In this document: positions 1 to 9,673 of the stretch, piece after piece
Layout of the letters: every line of letters starts with the position of its first letter
Position numbering within the stretch: position 1 is the stretch's first letter
Source of the DNA: Anaeromyxobacter sp.
Lineage (GTDB): Bacteria > Myxococcota > Myxococcia > Myxococcales > Anaeromyxobacteraceae
DNA: 46,311 nucleotides
Assembly (NCBI GenBank): GCA_036523995.1
Contig: DATDDC010000562.1
Coordinates: 1 to 46,311 of the forward strand
Direction: 5' to 3'
Position numbers and translations under genes: made by a program
The notes under the pieces: generated by a model
Told to the model about the DNA's origin: nothing
Databases searched by the model: none
What the model saw: only the letters and a program-made list of their open reading frames with translations

Positions 1-1289
1 GCGAACACCATCGAGCTCATGAGGTTCCGGGCGTCCACGACGAGCCGCACGTCGCGGTAGAGCGCGGGGTCCTTGAACGGATCGTGCGCCGTGGAGACCA
101 CGAGCGCGTCGTGACGGCCGAACGCCTCGGGCGTGAGGGGGATCGACTCGAGGTCGAGGTGGTGCTGGCGGCCCTTGCGGGCCCTGGGGAAGAACGGATC
201 GCAGTAGGCCACCTCGGCCCCGCCCTCGCGGAGCAGCTCCAGGATCTCGTAGGAGGGCGACTCCCGGTCATCGTCGATGTTGGCCTTGTAGGAGAGGCCC
301 AGCACGAGCACGCGCGAGCCCTTGAGCGCCTTGCCGTCCTCGTTCAGCCCCTGCATCACCTTCTGGACGACGTAGCCGGGCATGCGGGTGTTGATCTCGC
401 CCGCCAGCTCGATGAAGCGGGCCCAGTGCCCGTACTCGGCGGCCTTCCAGGACAGGTAGAACGGGTCGAGCGGGATGCAGTGCCCGCCCAGCCCCGGGCC
501 CGGGTAGAAGGGCATGTAGCCGAACGGCTTCGTCTTGGCGGCCTCGATGACCTCCCAGACGTCGATGCCCATGCGATCGAAGATGACCTTGAGCTCGTTC
601 ACGAGCGCGATGTTCACCGAGCGGAAGATGTTCTCGAGGAGCTTCGACGACTCGGCCACGCGCGCGTGCGAGACCGGCACCACCCGGTCCATGGCCGCGC
701 CGTAGAACGCCGCGGCCGCCTCGGTGGACGCCGCGTCGACACCGCCCACGATCTTCGGGATGGTCTTGGTGGTGAAGTCCTTGCGGCCCGGGTCCTCGCG
801 CTCGGGCGAGAAGGCGAGCAGGAAGTCCTTCGAGCAGGTGAGCCCGCTCTCCTCCAGGATGGCCCGCACCTCGGTGTCGGTGGTGCCGGGATAGGTCGTC
901 GACTCGAGGATGACGAGCTGCCCCGCGCGCAGCCGCTTCGAGATCTGGCGCGCCGTCTCGTGGATGTACGAGTTGTCCGGCTCGCGGTGCGGGCCGAGCG
1001 GCGTCGGGACGCAGATGACGATGGCGTCGCAGGCGCGCAGCCGGCCGAAGTCGGTGGTCGCCTGATAGCGCCCGCCGGCCACGGCGGCCGCGACCCGCTC
1101 CGGGCCGATGTGCTTGATGAAGGACTCGCCTCGCGAGATGGCCTCCACCTTCCTGGGGTCGACGTCGAAGCCGGTGACGGTGAAGCCCGCCTCCGAGAAC
1201 ACGAGCGCGAGGGGCAGGCCCACGTAGCCCTGGCCGATGACCCCCACGAAGGCGCTTCGGTTCCTGATCTTCTCGAAGATGTCGCTCAT
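1..1289 (-). CDS. wbpA: UDP-N-acetyl-D-glucosamine 6-dehydrogenase family nucleotide-sugar dehydrogenase (WbpA/WbpO/TviB-like); 3' end truncated by the window edge
   Basis: Not in the ORF track because there is no stop in the window. Manual minus-strand translation from ATG 1289 gives MSDIFEKIRNRSAFVGVIGQGYVGLPLA (Rossmann motif), KLLENIFRSVNIALVNEL, catalytic PGPGLGGHCIPLDP, GLSYKANIDDDRESPS and VVDARN near position 25. Confidence 0.9.
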   Translation of the reverse strand, partial: MSDIFEKIRNRSAFVGVIGQGYVGLPLALVFSEAGFTVTGFDVDPRKVEAISRGESFIKHIGPERVAAAVAGGRYQATTDFGRLRACDAIVICVPTPLGPHREPDNSYIHETARQISKRLRAGQLVILESTTYPGTTDTEVRAILEESGLTCSKDFLLAFSPEREDPGRKDFTTKTIPKIVGGVDAASTEAAAAFYGAAMDRVVPVSHARVAESSKLLENIFRSVNIALVNELKVIFDRMGIDVWEVIEAAKTKPFGYMPFYPGPGLGGHCIPLDPFYLSWKAAEYGHWARFIELAGEINTRMPGYVVQKVMQGLNEDGKALKGSRVLVLGLSYKANIDDDRESPSYEILELLREGGAEVAYCDPFFPRARKGRQHHLDLESIPLTPEAFGRHDALVVSTAHDPFKDPALYRDVRLVVDARNLMSSMVF

Positions 1290-1333
1290 GAGCACGTCGC
1301 GGCGACGTGAGGTCGCCGCGATCCCGGGGCATT

Positions 1334-2374
1334 CTACTGAGAGGAACGGGCCTGGTCGATGTACCACGACGCCGCGACGTCGAGGCCCTGCGCCACCGTG
1401 TGCGTGGCCTCGTATCCTAGAAGGGAGCGCGCCTTCCCCACGTCGGCGAGCGAGTGCCGGACGTCGCCCGCGCGGAAGTCGCGGTACACCGGCTCGCGCT
1501 TCGCGGCGTCCGGCGCCACGCGGGCCACCCTCTCCCGGATGAGGGCGAAGAGCTCGTTGAGCGTGGTGCGGCCGCCGCAGGCGACGTTGAAGACCTGGCC
1601 CACCGCCTCGGCCCGCTCCGTCGCAGCCGCGAGCAGGTTCGCCTGCGCCACGTTGTCCACGTAGCAGAAGTCGCGGCTCGTCTCGCCGTCGCCGTTGATG
1701 AACACCTCGCCTGCGCCGAGCAGCCCGGCGAACCAGAGGGGGATCACGGCGGCGTACGGGCCCTCGGGATCCTGCCTCGGCCCGAAGACGTTGAAGTAGC
1801 GGAGCCCGACGAGCTCGAGGTCGTAGCACCGCCCGAAGGCGTGCGCGTACAGCTCGTCGGCGTACTTCGAGGCCGCGTAGGGGGAGAGGACGCGCCCCAC
1901 CGCCTCCTCCACCTTCGGCAGCCCGGGGTGGTCTCCGTAGACCGAGCTCGAGCTCGCGTAGACGATCCGGCGGATGCCGGCCTCGCGCGCCGCCTCGAGG
2001 ACGCGCAGGAACCCGGTGACGTTGACCTCGTGCGTGTTCATCGGGTCCTTGATCGAGCGGGGGACCGAGCCCAGGGCCGCCTCGTGGAGCACGACGCCGG
2101 CGCCGCTGCAGGCCCGCCGGCACGCCGCGGGGTCGCGGATGTCCCCCTCGATCATCGTGAACCGCTCCGCCTGGCGAGGCGCGACGCGGGCGCGGACGGC
2201 GGCCACGTTGGCCTTGCTCCCGGTGGAGAAGTCGTCGAGCCCCGTCACGACCTGATCGAGCGAGAGCAGGCGCTCGACGAGATGGGATCCGATGAATCCC
2301 GCCGCGCCGGTCACGAGCCACTTCCTCGGGCGCTCGCGCAGGCGCGCCGTCACGGAGTCGTAAAGCGATGCCAC
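1334..2374 (-). CDS. wbpP: UDP-GlcNAc(A) 4-epimerase, extended SDR (WbpP/TviC-like), 346 aa
   Basis: KWLVTGAAGFIGSHL, HEAALGSVPRSIKDP, YASSSSVYGD, SPYAASK, LRYFNVFGPRQDPEGPYAAVIP, FRAGDVRHS. Start re-called at GTG 2374 with an AAAGGGG RBS-like element upstream. Confidence 0.9.
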   Translation of the reverse strand: MASLYDSVTARLRERPRKWLVTGAAGFIGSHLVERLLSLDQVVTGLDDFSTGSKANVAAVRARVAPRQAERFTMIEGDIRDPAACRRACSGAGVVLHEAALGSVPRSIKDPMNTHEVNVTGFLRVLEAAREAGIRRIVYASSSSVYGDHPGLPKVEEAVGRVLSPYAASKYADELYAHAFGRCYDLELVGLRYFNVFGPRQDPEGPYAAVIPLWFAGLLGAGEVFINGDGETSRDFCYVDNVAQANLLAAATERAEAVGQVFNVACGGRTTLNELFALIRERVARVAPDAAKREPVYRDFRAGDVRHSLADVGKARSLLGYEATHTVAQGLDVAASWYIDQARSSQ

Positions 2375-2741
2375 GTTCGTCCGCCCCTTTCGATGGTCGG
2401 CGGAATGTACCCCGGCGCCGCAGCGCGCACCACCGAGGCGGTGAAGGGCGCACAGGAGCGAGGTTCGACCACACTCCCTTGTCGGCAGCCCTTCTCGGCG
2501 CCGGCCCTTCCAGGTGGGACCGGGCGCGCGCGCGATGCGGAGTGCGCGTTCAGGCGCCGGGGCGGGCGCTTCCTCGGGCGCCTCATCACCATTCGTGAAG
2601 TAGTCGCTTTTGCCAAACGGAGATTTCCGGGGCTTCCCGCTTGCCTTTCCCACGCGGCCCTCGCCATATCCCAGCGTCGCGAGCCACCCCCGCCGAGCTC
2701 GCGGCGCGAGCCCGACATCATCCGCTCCGCAGGAGGCCCCG

Positions 2742-5700
2742 ATGGACTTCTCGATCCCCGCGAAGATCGACCGCTCGAGGATCCTCGGGGCGATCGGCGT
2801 CCTCTCGCTCCTGGCGGGCGCCGCCTGCGGCGCCGGCGGGAATGGCGCCCAGGGTGGACGGCCCCCAGGCGCCGCTCGAGTCGCCGCGCCGCTCGCGGCC
2901 ACCGTCTTCCCGCTGAAGGCGTCGGCGAACGGCCGCTACCTCGTGGACCAGACCGGGACGCCCTTCTTCATGGTGGGCGACTCGGCGCAGAGCGCCGGCT
3001 CGAACCTCACCCTGGCCGAGTTCCAGACCTACCTCGACAGCCGCGTCGCCAAGGGGTTCAACACCGTCAACATCAACCTCATCGACCACAAGTTCGCGAA
3101 GGGCGGGCTCGGCGCCACGCTCTCGGGCGTGCCCACCGACACGAACGGCGACCTGCCCTTCACCCAGAACGTGGCCGGCGGCGCCTTCGACGGAACATGG
3201 AACACGGCGTACTTCGGCTCTCCCAACGACGCCTACTTCCACGAGGTGGAGCAGGAGGTCGACTACGCCGCGAGCAAGGGCGTGCTCGTCACGCTGAACG
3301 TCTTCTACTGGGGGTTCGGAGGCGGCGACGAGGGCTGGTCCGTGGAGCTCGGGCTGTCCGCCAACACGCAGGCGGTGTGCCTCGCCTTCGGCCAGTACAT
3401 CGGCAACGGCCGCGGCGTCTTCGGCGGATTCAGGGGCAAGACCAACCTCATCTGGATGATCGGCGACGACCAGGCGCCCGCTCCGGGCAGCGAGACCGAG
3501 ACGCGGCTGCACCGGATCATGGAGGGCATCCAGGGGACCGCGCCCGTCTCCACCCTCTGGACGGGCTCGTGGGGCGCGCCCAGCATCTCGACCGATCAGG
3601 CCGCCTTCGCGGCCGCGATGACGCTCAACGCCGTGTACGCCTACGGCATGGCGGCGGTGGACGCGCAGTCGCGCAATGCCTGGCAGCGCGCTCCTGCCAT
3701 CCCCGCCTACATGAAGGAGACCGCGTACGAGCTGTCCCAGGTCGGCGTGAGCGGCACGAGGCTGGCCCTGAGGCAGGCGATGTACTCGTCGATCCTCGCC
3801 GGTGCGACGACGGGCGGGCTCTACGGGCATCGCGACATCTGGTCGTTCAACACCTCCACGTGGCACGCGACCGTCGACTCGACGGCGAGCGGTCCGTGGT
3901 CGAGCGAGCTCGACTCCCCGGGGGCCTTCGACCAGGCGCGCGTGGGAGCCCTGTTCGGCTCGCTCGCCTGGTGGAAGCTCGTCCCCGACGGCCAGGGCGC
4001 GAGCGGCACGCTCGTCACGGCGGGCGCGGGGACCTTCGGCGGCTCCGACTGGATCGCCGCCGCGGCCGCTTCAGACGGGACCGCTCTCGTGGCGTACGTC
4101 CCGCCGAACGGGATCCTGGGCCGGAGCTTCTCCGTGAACATGGCCGCCATGAGCGTCGCGTCGCACGCGCACTGGTGGGATCCGACGACGGGCCTCTACA
4201 CCGAGATCGCGACCGGGATCCCGAACGGCGGCACGCGCTCGTTCACGACGCCGGGGGCCAACTCCACCGGCGAGAACGACTGGATCCTGGTCCTCACGCC
4301 GGCGGCGCCGAGCGCGCCGCCGACGGTGGCGACGCCGGCCTCGGCGACGCCGAACCCGGTGACCGGAACGTCGACGAGCCTGAGCGTGCTCGGCGCCGAC
4401 GACGGCGGCGAGGCGAGCCTCGTCTACACCTGGTCGGCGGTGGGGACGCCGCCCGGTCCCGTGACGTTCTCGGCCAACGGCACGAACGCCGCGAAGAGCA
4501 CCACGGCCACCTTCGGCGCCGCGGGGAGCTACACACTCCAGGCGACCATCCGCGACGCGGATGGCCAGGCGGTGACGAGCGCGGTGGCGGTGACGGTGAG
4601 CCAGACGACGACGCGCATCTCCGTGGCGCCGGGGAGCGCGACGGTGGCGACCGGGGCGACGCAGCGGTTCACGGCGAGCGCCCTCGATCAGTTCGGGCGG
4701 CCGCTGGCGACGCAGCCGTCCTTCGCCTGGACGGTGAGCGGGGGCGGTGCGATCGACGCGACGGGCCTGTTCACGGCGGGTCCCACGGCGGGAGGCCCGT
4801 TCACGGTGACGGCGTCGGTCGGGATCCTGAGCGGCGGGGCGAGCGTGACCGTGGCGGCGGCGTCGGCCCCGCGCTACCAGGTGAACGGCGGGGGCGCGGC
4901 GGCGGGGACGTTCTCGGCGGACCAGCTCTTCTCGGCGGGGAGCACCTTCCGCACGGCGGGCGCCATCGACGTGAGCGGAGTGGCGAGCCCGGCCCCCGCG
5001 GCCGTCTACCAGACGGAGCGCTACGGCAACTTCACCTACGCCTTCGGCGGGCTCACCCCCGGCGCCTCCTACGTGGTTCGGCTCCACTTCGCGGAGATCT
5101 GGTGGACGACCGCCGGGAGCCGCCTCTTCGACGTCGCCATCAATGGTGTGCAGGTTCTCTCCAGCTTCGACGTCTTCGCCGCGGCTGGAGGAACCAACCG
5201 GGCGATCGTCGAGGTGTTCACCGCGCCCGCCGACGGGGGAGGCCAGGTCGTCATCCAGTTCACGACGCTGAAGGACAACGCCAAGGTGAGCGGCATCGAG
5301 ATCCTGGGCGCGTCGAGCGCGCCGCCCACGGTGGCGGCGCCGGCCTCGGCGACGCCGAACCCTGTGACGGGGACCTCGACGAGCCTGAGCGTCCTCGGCG
5401 CCGACGACGGCGGGGAGGCGAGCCTCGTCTACACCTGGTCGGTCCTGGGGACGCCGCCCGGGCCGGTGGCGTTCTCGGCGAACGGCACGAACGCGGCGAA
5501 GAGCGCCACGGCCACGTTCGTGGCGGCGGGGAGCTACGCGCTGCAGGCGACGATCCGCGACGCGCAGGGGCAGACCGCGACGAGCGCGGTGACGGCGACG
5601 GTGAGCCAGACCGCGACGCGCATCTCGGTCGCGCCGGCGAGCGCCACGGTGCTCACGGGGGCGACGCAGCAGTTCACGGCGAGCGCTTTCGACCAGTTCG

Positions 5701-6320
5701 GCCGAGCGCTGGCGACGCAGCCGACCTTCGCCTGGACGGTGAGCGGAGGCGGGACGATCGACCCGACGGGCCTCTTCACCGCGGGGACCGTGGCGGGCGG
5801 GCCGTTCACGGTGACGGCCTCGGCCGGGCTCGTCGGCGGGAGCGCGAGCGTGACGGTCGTCGCGTCGGCGGCCCCGCGCTACCAGGTGAACGGCGGGGGC
5901 ACGGCGGCGGGGACGTTCGCGGCGGACCAGCTCTTCTCCGCGGGGAGCACGTTCCGGACCGCGAGCGCCATCGACGTGAGCGGGGTGACGAACCCGGCCC
6001 CGGTGGCCGTGTACCAGACCGAGCGCTACGGTAGCTTCAACTACGCCTTCGGCGGGCTCACTCCCGGCGCCGCGTACGTGGTGAGGCTCCACTTCGCGGA
6101 GATCTGGTGGACGACCGCCGGGAGCCGCCTCTTCGACGTCTCCATCAACGGTGTGAATGTGCTCTCGAGCTTCGACATCTTCGCCACGGCCGGCGGCGCC
6201 AACCGGGCGCTCGTCGAGGCGTTCACCGCGCCCGCCGAGGCGGGAGGCCAGATCGTCATCCAGTTCACCACCGTGAAGGACAACGCCAAGGTGAGCGGCA
6301 TCGAGATCCTGGGTCCCTGA
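2742..6320 (+). CDS. Exported (probable lipoprotein) DUF4038/GH140 apiosidase-like hydrolase with collagen-binding-like domain and two tandem [Ig-like x2 + malectin] modules, 1192 aa
   Basis: AGGAGG at 2731-2736 precedes ATG 2742. Hydrophobic leader ends in AGAAC. FPLKASANGRYLVDQTGTPFFMVGDS, KGFNTV, NLIWMIGDD and WWDPTTG...NDWILVL are typical of DUF4038 plus the collagen-binding-like domain. VYQTERYG..VRLHFAEI..RLFDV.ING..NAKVSGIEIL (malectin) occurs twice. Confidence 0.8.
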   Translation: MDFSIPAKIDRSRILGAIGVLSLLAGAACGAGGNGAQGGRPPGAARVAAPLAATVFPLKASANGRYLVDQTGTPFFMVGDSAQSAGSNLTLAEFQTYLDSRVAKGFNTVNINLIDHKFAKGGLGATLSGVPTDTNGDLPFTQNVAGGAFDGTWNTAYFGSPNDAYFHEVEQEVDYAASKGVLVTLNVFYWGFGGGDEGWSVELGLSANTQAVCLAFGQYIGNGRGVFGGFRGKTNLIWMIGDDQAPAPGSETETRLHRIMEGIQGTAPVSTLWTGSWGAPSISTDQAAFAAAMTLNAVYAYGMAAVDAQSRNAWQRAPAIPAYMKETAYELSQVGVSGTRLALRQAMYSSILAGATTGGLYGHRDIWSFNTSTWHATVDSTASGPWSSELDSPGAFDQARVGALFGSLAWWKLVPDGQGASGTLVTAGAGTFGGSDWIAAAAASDGTALVAYVPPNGILGRSFSVNMAAMSVASHAHWWDPTTGLYTEIATGIPNGGTRSFTTPGANSTGENDWILVLTPAAPSAPPTVATPASATPNPVTGTSTSLSVLGADDGGEASLVYTWSAVGTPPGPVTFSANGTNAAKSTTATFGAAGSYTLQATIRDADGQAVTSAVAVTVSQTTTRISVAPGSATVATGATQRFTASALDQFGRPLATQPSFAWTVSGGGAIDATGLFTAGPTAGGPFTVTASVGILSGGASVTVAAASAPRYQVNGGGAAAGTFSADQLFSAGSTFRTAGAIDVSGVASPAPAAVYQTERYGNFTYAFGGLTPGASYVVRLHFAEIWWTTAGSRLFDVAINGVQVLSSFDVFAAAGGTNRAIVEVFTAPADGGGQVVIQFTTLKDNAKVSGIEILGASSAPPTVAAPASATPNPVTGTSTSLSVLGADDGGEASLVYTWSVLGTPPGPVAFSANGTNAAKSATATFVAAGSYALQATIRDAQGQTATSAVTATVSQTATRISVAPASATVLTGATQQFTASAFDQFGRALATQPTFAWTVSGGGTIDPTGLFTAGTVAGGPFTVTASAGLVGGSASVTVVASAAPRYQVNGGGTAAGTFAADQLFSAGSTFRTASAIDVSGVTNPAPVAVYQTERYGSFNYAFGGLTPGAAYVVRLHFAEIWWTTAGSRLFDVSINGVNVLSSFDIFATAGGANRALVEAFTAPAEAGGQIVIQFTTVKDNAKVSGIEILGP
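4311..6320 (+). repeat. Intragenic tandem duplication, 2 x 1005 bp (335 aa): Ig-like/Ig-like/malectin module
   Basis: AGCGCGCCGC starts at 4311 and 5316, and GAGATCCTGGG starts at 5298 and 6303 (period 1005 bp). The two protein copies are near-identical with many synonymous differences. Confidence 0.95.
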
Positions 6321-6423
6321 GCGAGGGGACACCGCGTCGCGCCTCCGCGCGAGCCCGTTCGGGCGTCTCATCGGGGCTGCGATGGCGCTAGAATGCGCGT
6401 CTTCCGTGGCGGGGAGTCCCTTC

Positions 6424-8367
6424 ATGAGCCGAGCCGCTCCGCTTGCGTTGCTCGCTGCCGTCGTGGGCGGCTGCGCCGCGGGCTGCACGTCGGGCCGCGT
6501 CTCGCCGAAGGGGGCGAGCGCCGCGATCGTGACGACGATCGCCCCGACCGACACGAGCGTGGGCGTCGGCGGCACCGTCGCGTTCACCGGAACGGTGACG
6601 GGCACGTCGAACACCGCCGTGCACTGGTCCGTCGTCGAGCCCGCCGGCTGCGGCGCGGTCTCCCCGACGGGCGTCTACACCGCGCCGCCCGCCCCCGCAG
6701 TCTGCCACGTGCTCGTGGCGAGCGCGGCCGATCCCGGGAAGACCGCCACCGCGAAGGTCACGGTGACGGGGACGCCCCCCTCGTTCACCATCTCGCCCGA
6801 CCCGGCCACGGTCCTCGTGAACGGGACGCAGCAGTTCACGGTCTCCCCGGCCGCAGCCGTCACCTGGAGCGTCGTCCAGACCGCGGCGACGGAGGCGCCC
6901 GCCTTCCCGCTCGCGCTCTCCGCGAACGGCCGGTACGTCGTCGACGGGAACGGTCGCCCGTGGCGCGTCCAGGCCGACGCAGCCTGGTTCATGACGGCGC
7001 TCGCCACGCCGGCCCAGGTGGACACCTACCTCGCCACGCGCAAGGCCCAGGGGTTCAACGCCTTCTATCTCATGTCGATGGTGCACCCGGGCGGCTACGC
7101 GGCCGTCCCCAACGCGCCCGACGACTACGCCGGCCACCCGCCGTTCACGGGGGCCCTCTGGACCACGCCGAACGCGGCCTACTGGTCGAACGTCGACGCC
7201 ATCATCGACAAGGCCGCGGCGCAGGGCATGGTGGTGATGTTCGCGTTCGAGTACCTGGGCTATCCCTCGACCAATCAGGGCTGGCACGCCGAGGTCAACG
7301 CCCGGAGCGCCGCCGACTCGACGACCTGGGGCACCTGGCTCGGGAACCGCTACAAGACGAAGGGCAACCTCATCTGGTTCGCTCTCGGCGATCAGACGCC
7401 GGACCCCGCGGGCCCGGAGCCGAACGTCCAGGCGCACCATCAGGCCGCCATCGCCGCCATCCAGGCGGCGGGCGCCTCGCAGCTCTTCATGGCCGAGCCC
7501 ATGGGCGGAAACTCGAATCCCGTCATGGACGCGCCGGCCTTCGCGTCCGTCCTCGACCTGAACAGCTACTATGGCTACGGGCCGAACGGGCACGGCGACT
7601 GCTACCCGCAGGCCGATCGCGCCTACCGCGGCGTCATGCCGCCGAAGCCGGTCTGGGTCCAGGAGGGCGGCTACGAGTTCGAGAACAACACCGGGGGCTT
7701 CACCGGCCAGCCCTACGAGACGCGCCGCACGCGCTTCTGGAGCGTGCTCGCCGGCGGCACCGCGGGCGACGGGTTCGGCAGTCGCGACGCGTACCAGTGG
7801 ATCTCGTTCCCGAACGGCCTCGGCACGCCCGGGGCGGCGTTCTCCAAGGTCGCCTTCGAGCTCTTCGCGACGCTGCCGTGGTGGGACCTCTTGCCCTCGG
7901 GGACCGGGACCGGCTTCGCGGGCAAGACGCTCGTGACGTCGGGAGGCGGAACGAACGGAGGGCTGGACTGGGTCACGTCCGCGGTGACGTCGACGGGCTC
8001 GCATCTCCTCGCGTACGTCCCGACGACCGGCGGGACGGGCTCGCGCACCCTCACCATCGACATGACCGCGATGAAGGGCTCCGCGCAGGCGAGCTGGTGG
8101 GATCCGGCGAGCGGGGCGAAGACGGCCATCGGCACCTTCCCCAACACCGGCACGCAGGCGTTCACCTCTCCCGGCGCCAACGCGGGCGGGCAGAACGACT
8201 GGGTCCTCCTCCTCGATGCCGCGGGGGTGGGGCCCTGCGGGACCATCTCCGGCACGGGGCTCTACACGGCCCCGGCCGCGGTGCCGATCGGCGGCGCCTG
8301 CAGGGTGAGGGCCGCGCTGCAGGCGAATCCGAGCTCCGTCGCGTACGCCAGCGTCATCGTCCAGTGA
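6424..8367 (+). CDS. Lipoprotein with Ig-like domains and a DUF4038/GH140-like catalytic unit plus collagen-binding-like domain, 647 aa; paralog of the upstream gene
   Basis: GGGGAG precedes ATG 6424. Leader MSRAAPLALLAAVVGGC is lipobox-like. FPLALSANGRYVVDGNG, QGFNAF, NLIWFALGD, EGGYE and WWDPASG..FTSPGANAGGQNDWVLLL match the paralog. Confidence 0.8.
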   Translation: MSRAAPLALLAAVVGGCAAGCTSGRVSPKGASAAIVTTIAPTDTSVGVGGTVAFTGTVTGTSNTAVHWSVVEPAGCGAVSPTGVYTAPPAPAVCHVLVASAADPGKTATAKVTVTGTPPSFTISPDPATVLVNGTQQFTVSPAAAVTWSVVQTAATEAPAFPLALSANGRYVVDGNGRPWRVQADAAWFMTALATPAQVDTYLATRKAQGFNAFYLMSMVHPGGYAAVPNAPDDYAGHPPFTGALWTTPNAAYWSNVDAIIDKAAAQGMVVMFAFEYLGYPSTNQGWHAEVNARSAADSTTWGTWLGNRYKTKGNLIWFALGDQTPDPAGPEPNVQAHHQAAIAAIQAAGASQLFMAEPMGGNSNPVMDAPAFASVLDLNSYYGYGPNGHGDCYPQADRAYRGVMPPKPVWVQEGGYEFENNTGGFTGQPYETRRTRFWSVLAGGTAGDGFGSRDAYQWISFPNGLGTPGAAFSKVAFELFATLPWWDLLPSGTGTGFAGKTLVTSGGGTNGGLDWVTSAVTSTGSHLLAYVPTTGGTGSRTLTIDMTAMKGSAQASWWDPASGAKTAIGTFPNTGTQAFTSPGANAGGQNDWVLLLDAAGVGPCGTISGTGLYTAPAAVPIGGACRVRAALQANPSSVAYASVIVQ

Positions 8368-8459
8368 GCCCCGGCTCCGCGCCGGCCGAGCGTCCGGCGC
8401 GAGGGGGCCCCCGAGGGACGACGCGCCGCTGCGACCCGGTGGGATTGCACCCGATCCCC

Positions 8460-8539
8460 GGTACATGGTTACACGAACCGTGTACCCGCGTCGCGGTACA
8501 CGGCCCTGCGCCATGGGGGAGCGGCGCGTCGGATATACT
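8460..8539 (+). promoter_or_regulatory. Putative operator (clustered GGTACACG-like octamers; palindrome CCGTGTACC-N8-GGTACACGG) with a TATACT -10-like hexamer upstream of the CDP-sugar genes
   Basis: ggtacatg 8460-8467, gttacacg 8468-8475, cgtgtacc (inverted) 8479-8486, ggtacacg 8495-8502 and TATACT 8534-8539, all in the intergenic gap 8368-8607. Confidence 0.45.
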
Positions 8540-8607
8540 CCTCGCCCGTACCTTCATCGTTTGCGACGCGGCGTCACATCGCGCCGGTCCGTCGTTCCGG
8601 GGGATGG

Positions 8608-9648
8608 ATGAGAGTGCTCGTCACGGGAGCACGCGGCTACATCGGGACCGTGATGGTCCCGATGATGCTCGAGGCGGGCCACGAGGTGGTCGGGATCGAC
8701 ACCGACCTGTACCGCAGGTCCACGTTCGGCTCCTGGCGCGAGCCCATCGACACCGTCGTGAAGGACGTCCGGGCGGTGGACCGGGCGGACCTCGTGGGCT
8801 TCGACGCGGTCGCGCACCTCGCCGCGCTGTCGAACGACCCCCTCGGCGATCTCAACCCCGAGCTCACCTACGACATCAATCACCGCGCCTCGGTGCACCT
8901 CGCCCGGACCGCGAAGGCCGCGGGCGTGAGCCGCTTCGTCTTCGCCTCGTCGTGCAGCAACTACGGCGCCGCGGGCGACGCGCCCGTCGACGAGACGTCG
9001 GAGCTGAACCCGGTGACGGCGTACGGCCGCACCAAGGTGCTCGTCGAGGAGGACGTGGCGAAGCTCGCAGACGACCGCTTCGCGCCCACCTTCCTTCGCT
9101 GCGCGACGGCCTACGGGGCGTCGCCGCGCCTTCGCTTCGACGTGGTCCTGAACAACCTCGTGGCCTGGGCGTTCACGACGGGCAAGGTGTTCCTGAAGAG
9201 CGACGGCACACCCTGGCGCCCCATCGTGCACATCGAGGACATCTCGCGCGCCTTCCTGGCGGTCCTGGCCGCGCCCCCCGGCGTGGTGCGGGCGCAGGCC
9301 TTCAACGTCGGCCGCAACGACCAGAACTACCGGATCCGGGAGATCGCCGAGATCGTGAAGGAGACGGTCCCCGGCTGCGAGATCGCGTTCGCGGCCGACG
9401 CGGGGCCCGACAAGCGCAACTACCGCGCCGACTTCGGGAAGATCGCGCGGCTCCTGCCGGCGTTCGAGCCGAAATGGGACGCGCGCAAGGGCGCGAGGCA
9501 GCTCCTCGAGGCCTACCGGGCCGTCGGGCTCAAGCTGGAAGACTTCGAGGGGCCGCGCTACCGGCGCATCGACCAGCTCAAGCGACTCATGGCGGACGGG
9601 TACCTGGGGCCGGATCTCCGCTGGGTGAAGGAGCCGATCGCCGCCTGA
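8608..9648 (+). CDS. NAD-dependent epimerase/dehydratase (extended SDR), 346 aa
   Basis: [37 protein letters not shown] (YxxxK), [20 protein letters not shown]. Confidence 0.9.
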   Translation: MRVLVTGARGYIGTVMVPMMLEAGHEVVGIDTDLYRRSTFGSWREPIDTVVKDVRAVDRADLVGFDAVAHLAALSNDPLGDLNPELTYDINHRASVHLARTAKAAGVSRFVFASSCSNYGAAGDAPVDETSELNPVTAYGRTKVLVEEDVAKLADDRFAPTFLRCATAYGASPRLRFDVVLNNLVAWAFTTGKVFLKSDGTPWRPIVHIEDISRAFLAVLAAPPGVVRAQAFNVGRNDQNYRIREIAEIVKETVPGCEIAFAADAGPDKRNYRADFGKIARLLPAFEPKWDARKGARQLLEAYRAVGLKLEDFEGPRYRRIDQLKRLMADGYLGPDLRWVKEPIAA

Positions 9649-9673
9649 GGCGGCGGCCGGCGAGGAGCCGACG

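Noticed and set aside
1-20. ATG at 18-20 overlapping a TGA (minus strand) as the start of a new gene
   Set aside because: The ATG is in frame with the dehydrogenase (…DARNLMSSMVF), and the TGA belongs to a shadow frame.
4311-6320. Repeat as CRISPR array, mobile element or assembly artefact
   Set aside because: It is an in-frame coding duplication with many synonymous differences, and has no spacers, terminal inverted repeats or transposase.
6330-6372. Intrinsic terminator after the large hydrolase gene
   Set aside because: Only short GC stems with no U-tract, not distinguishable from background.
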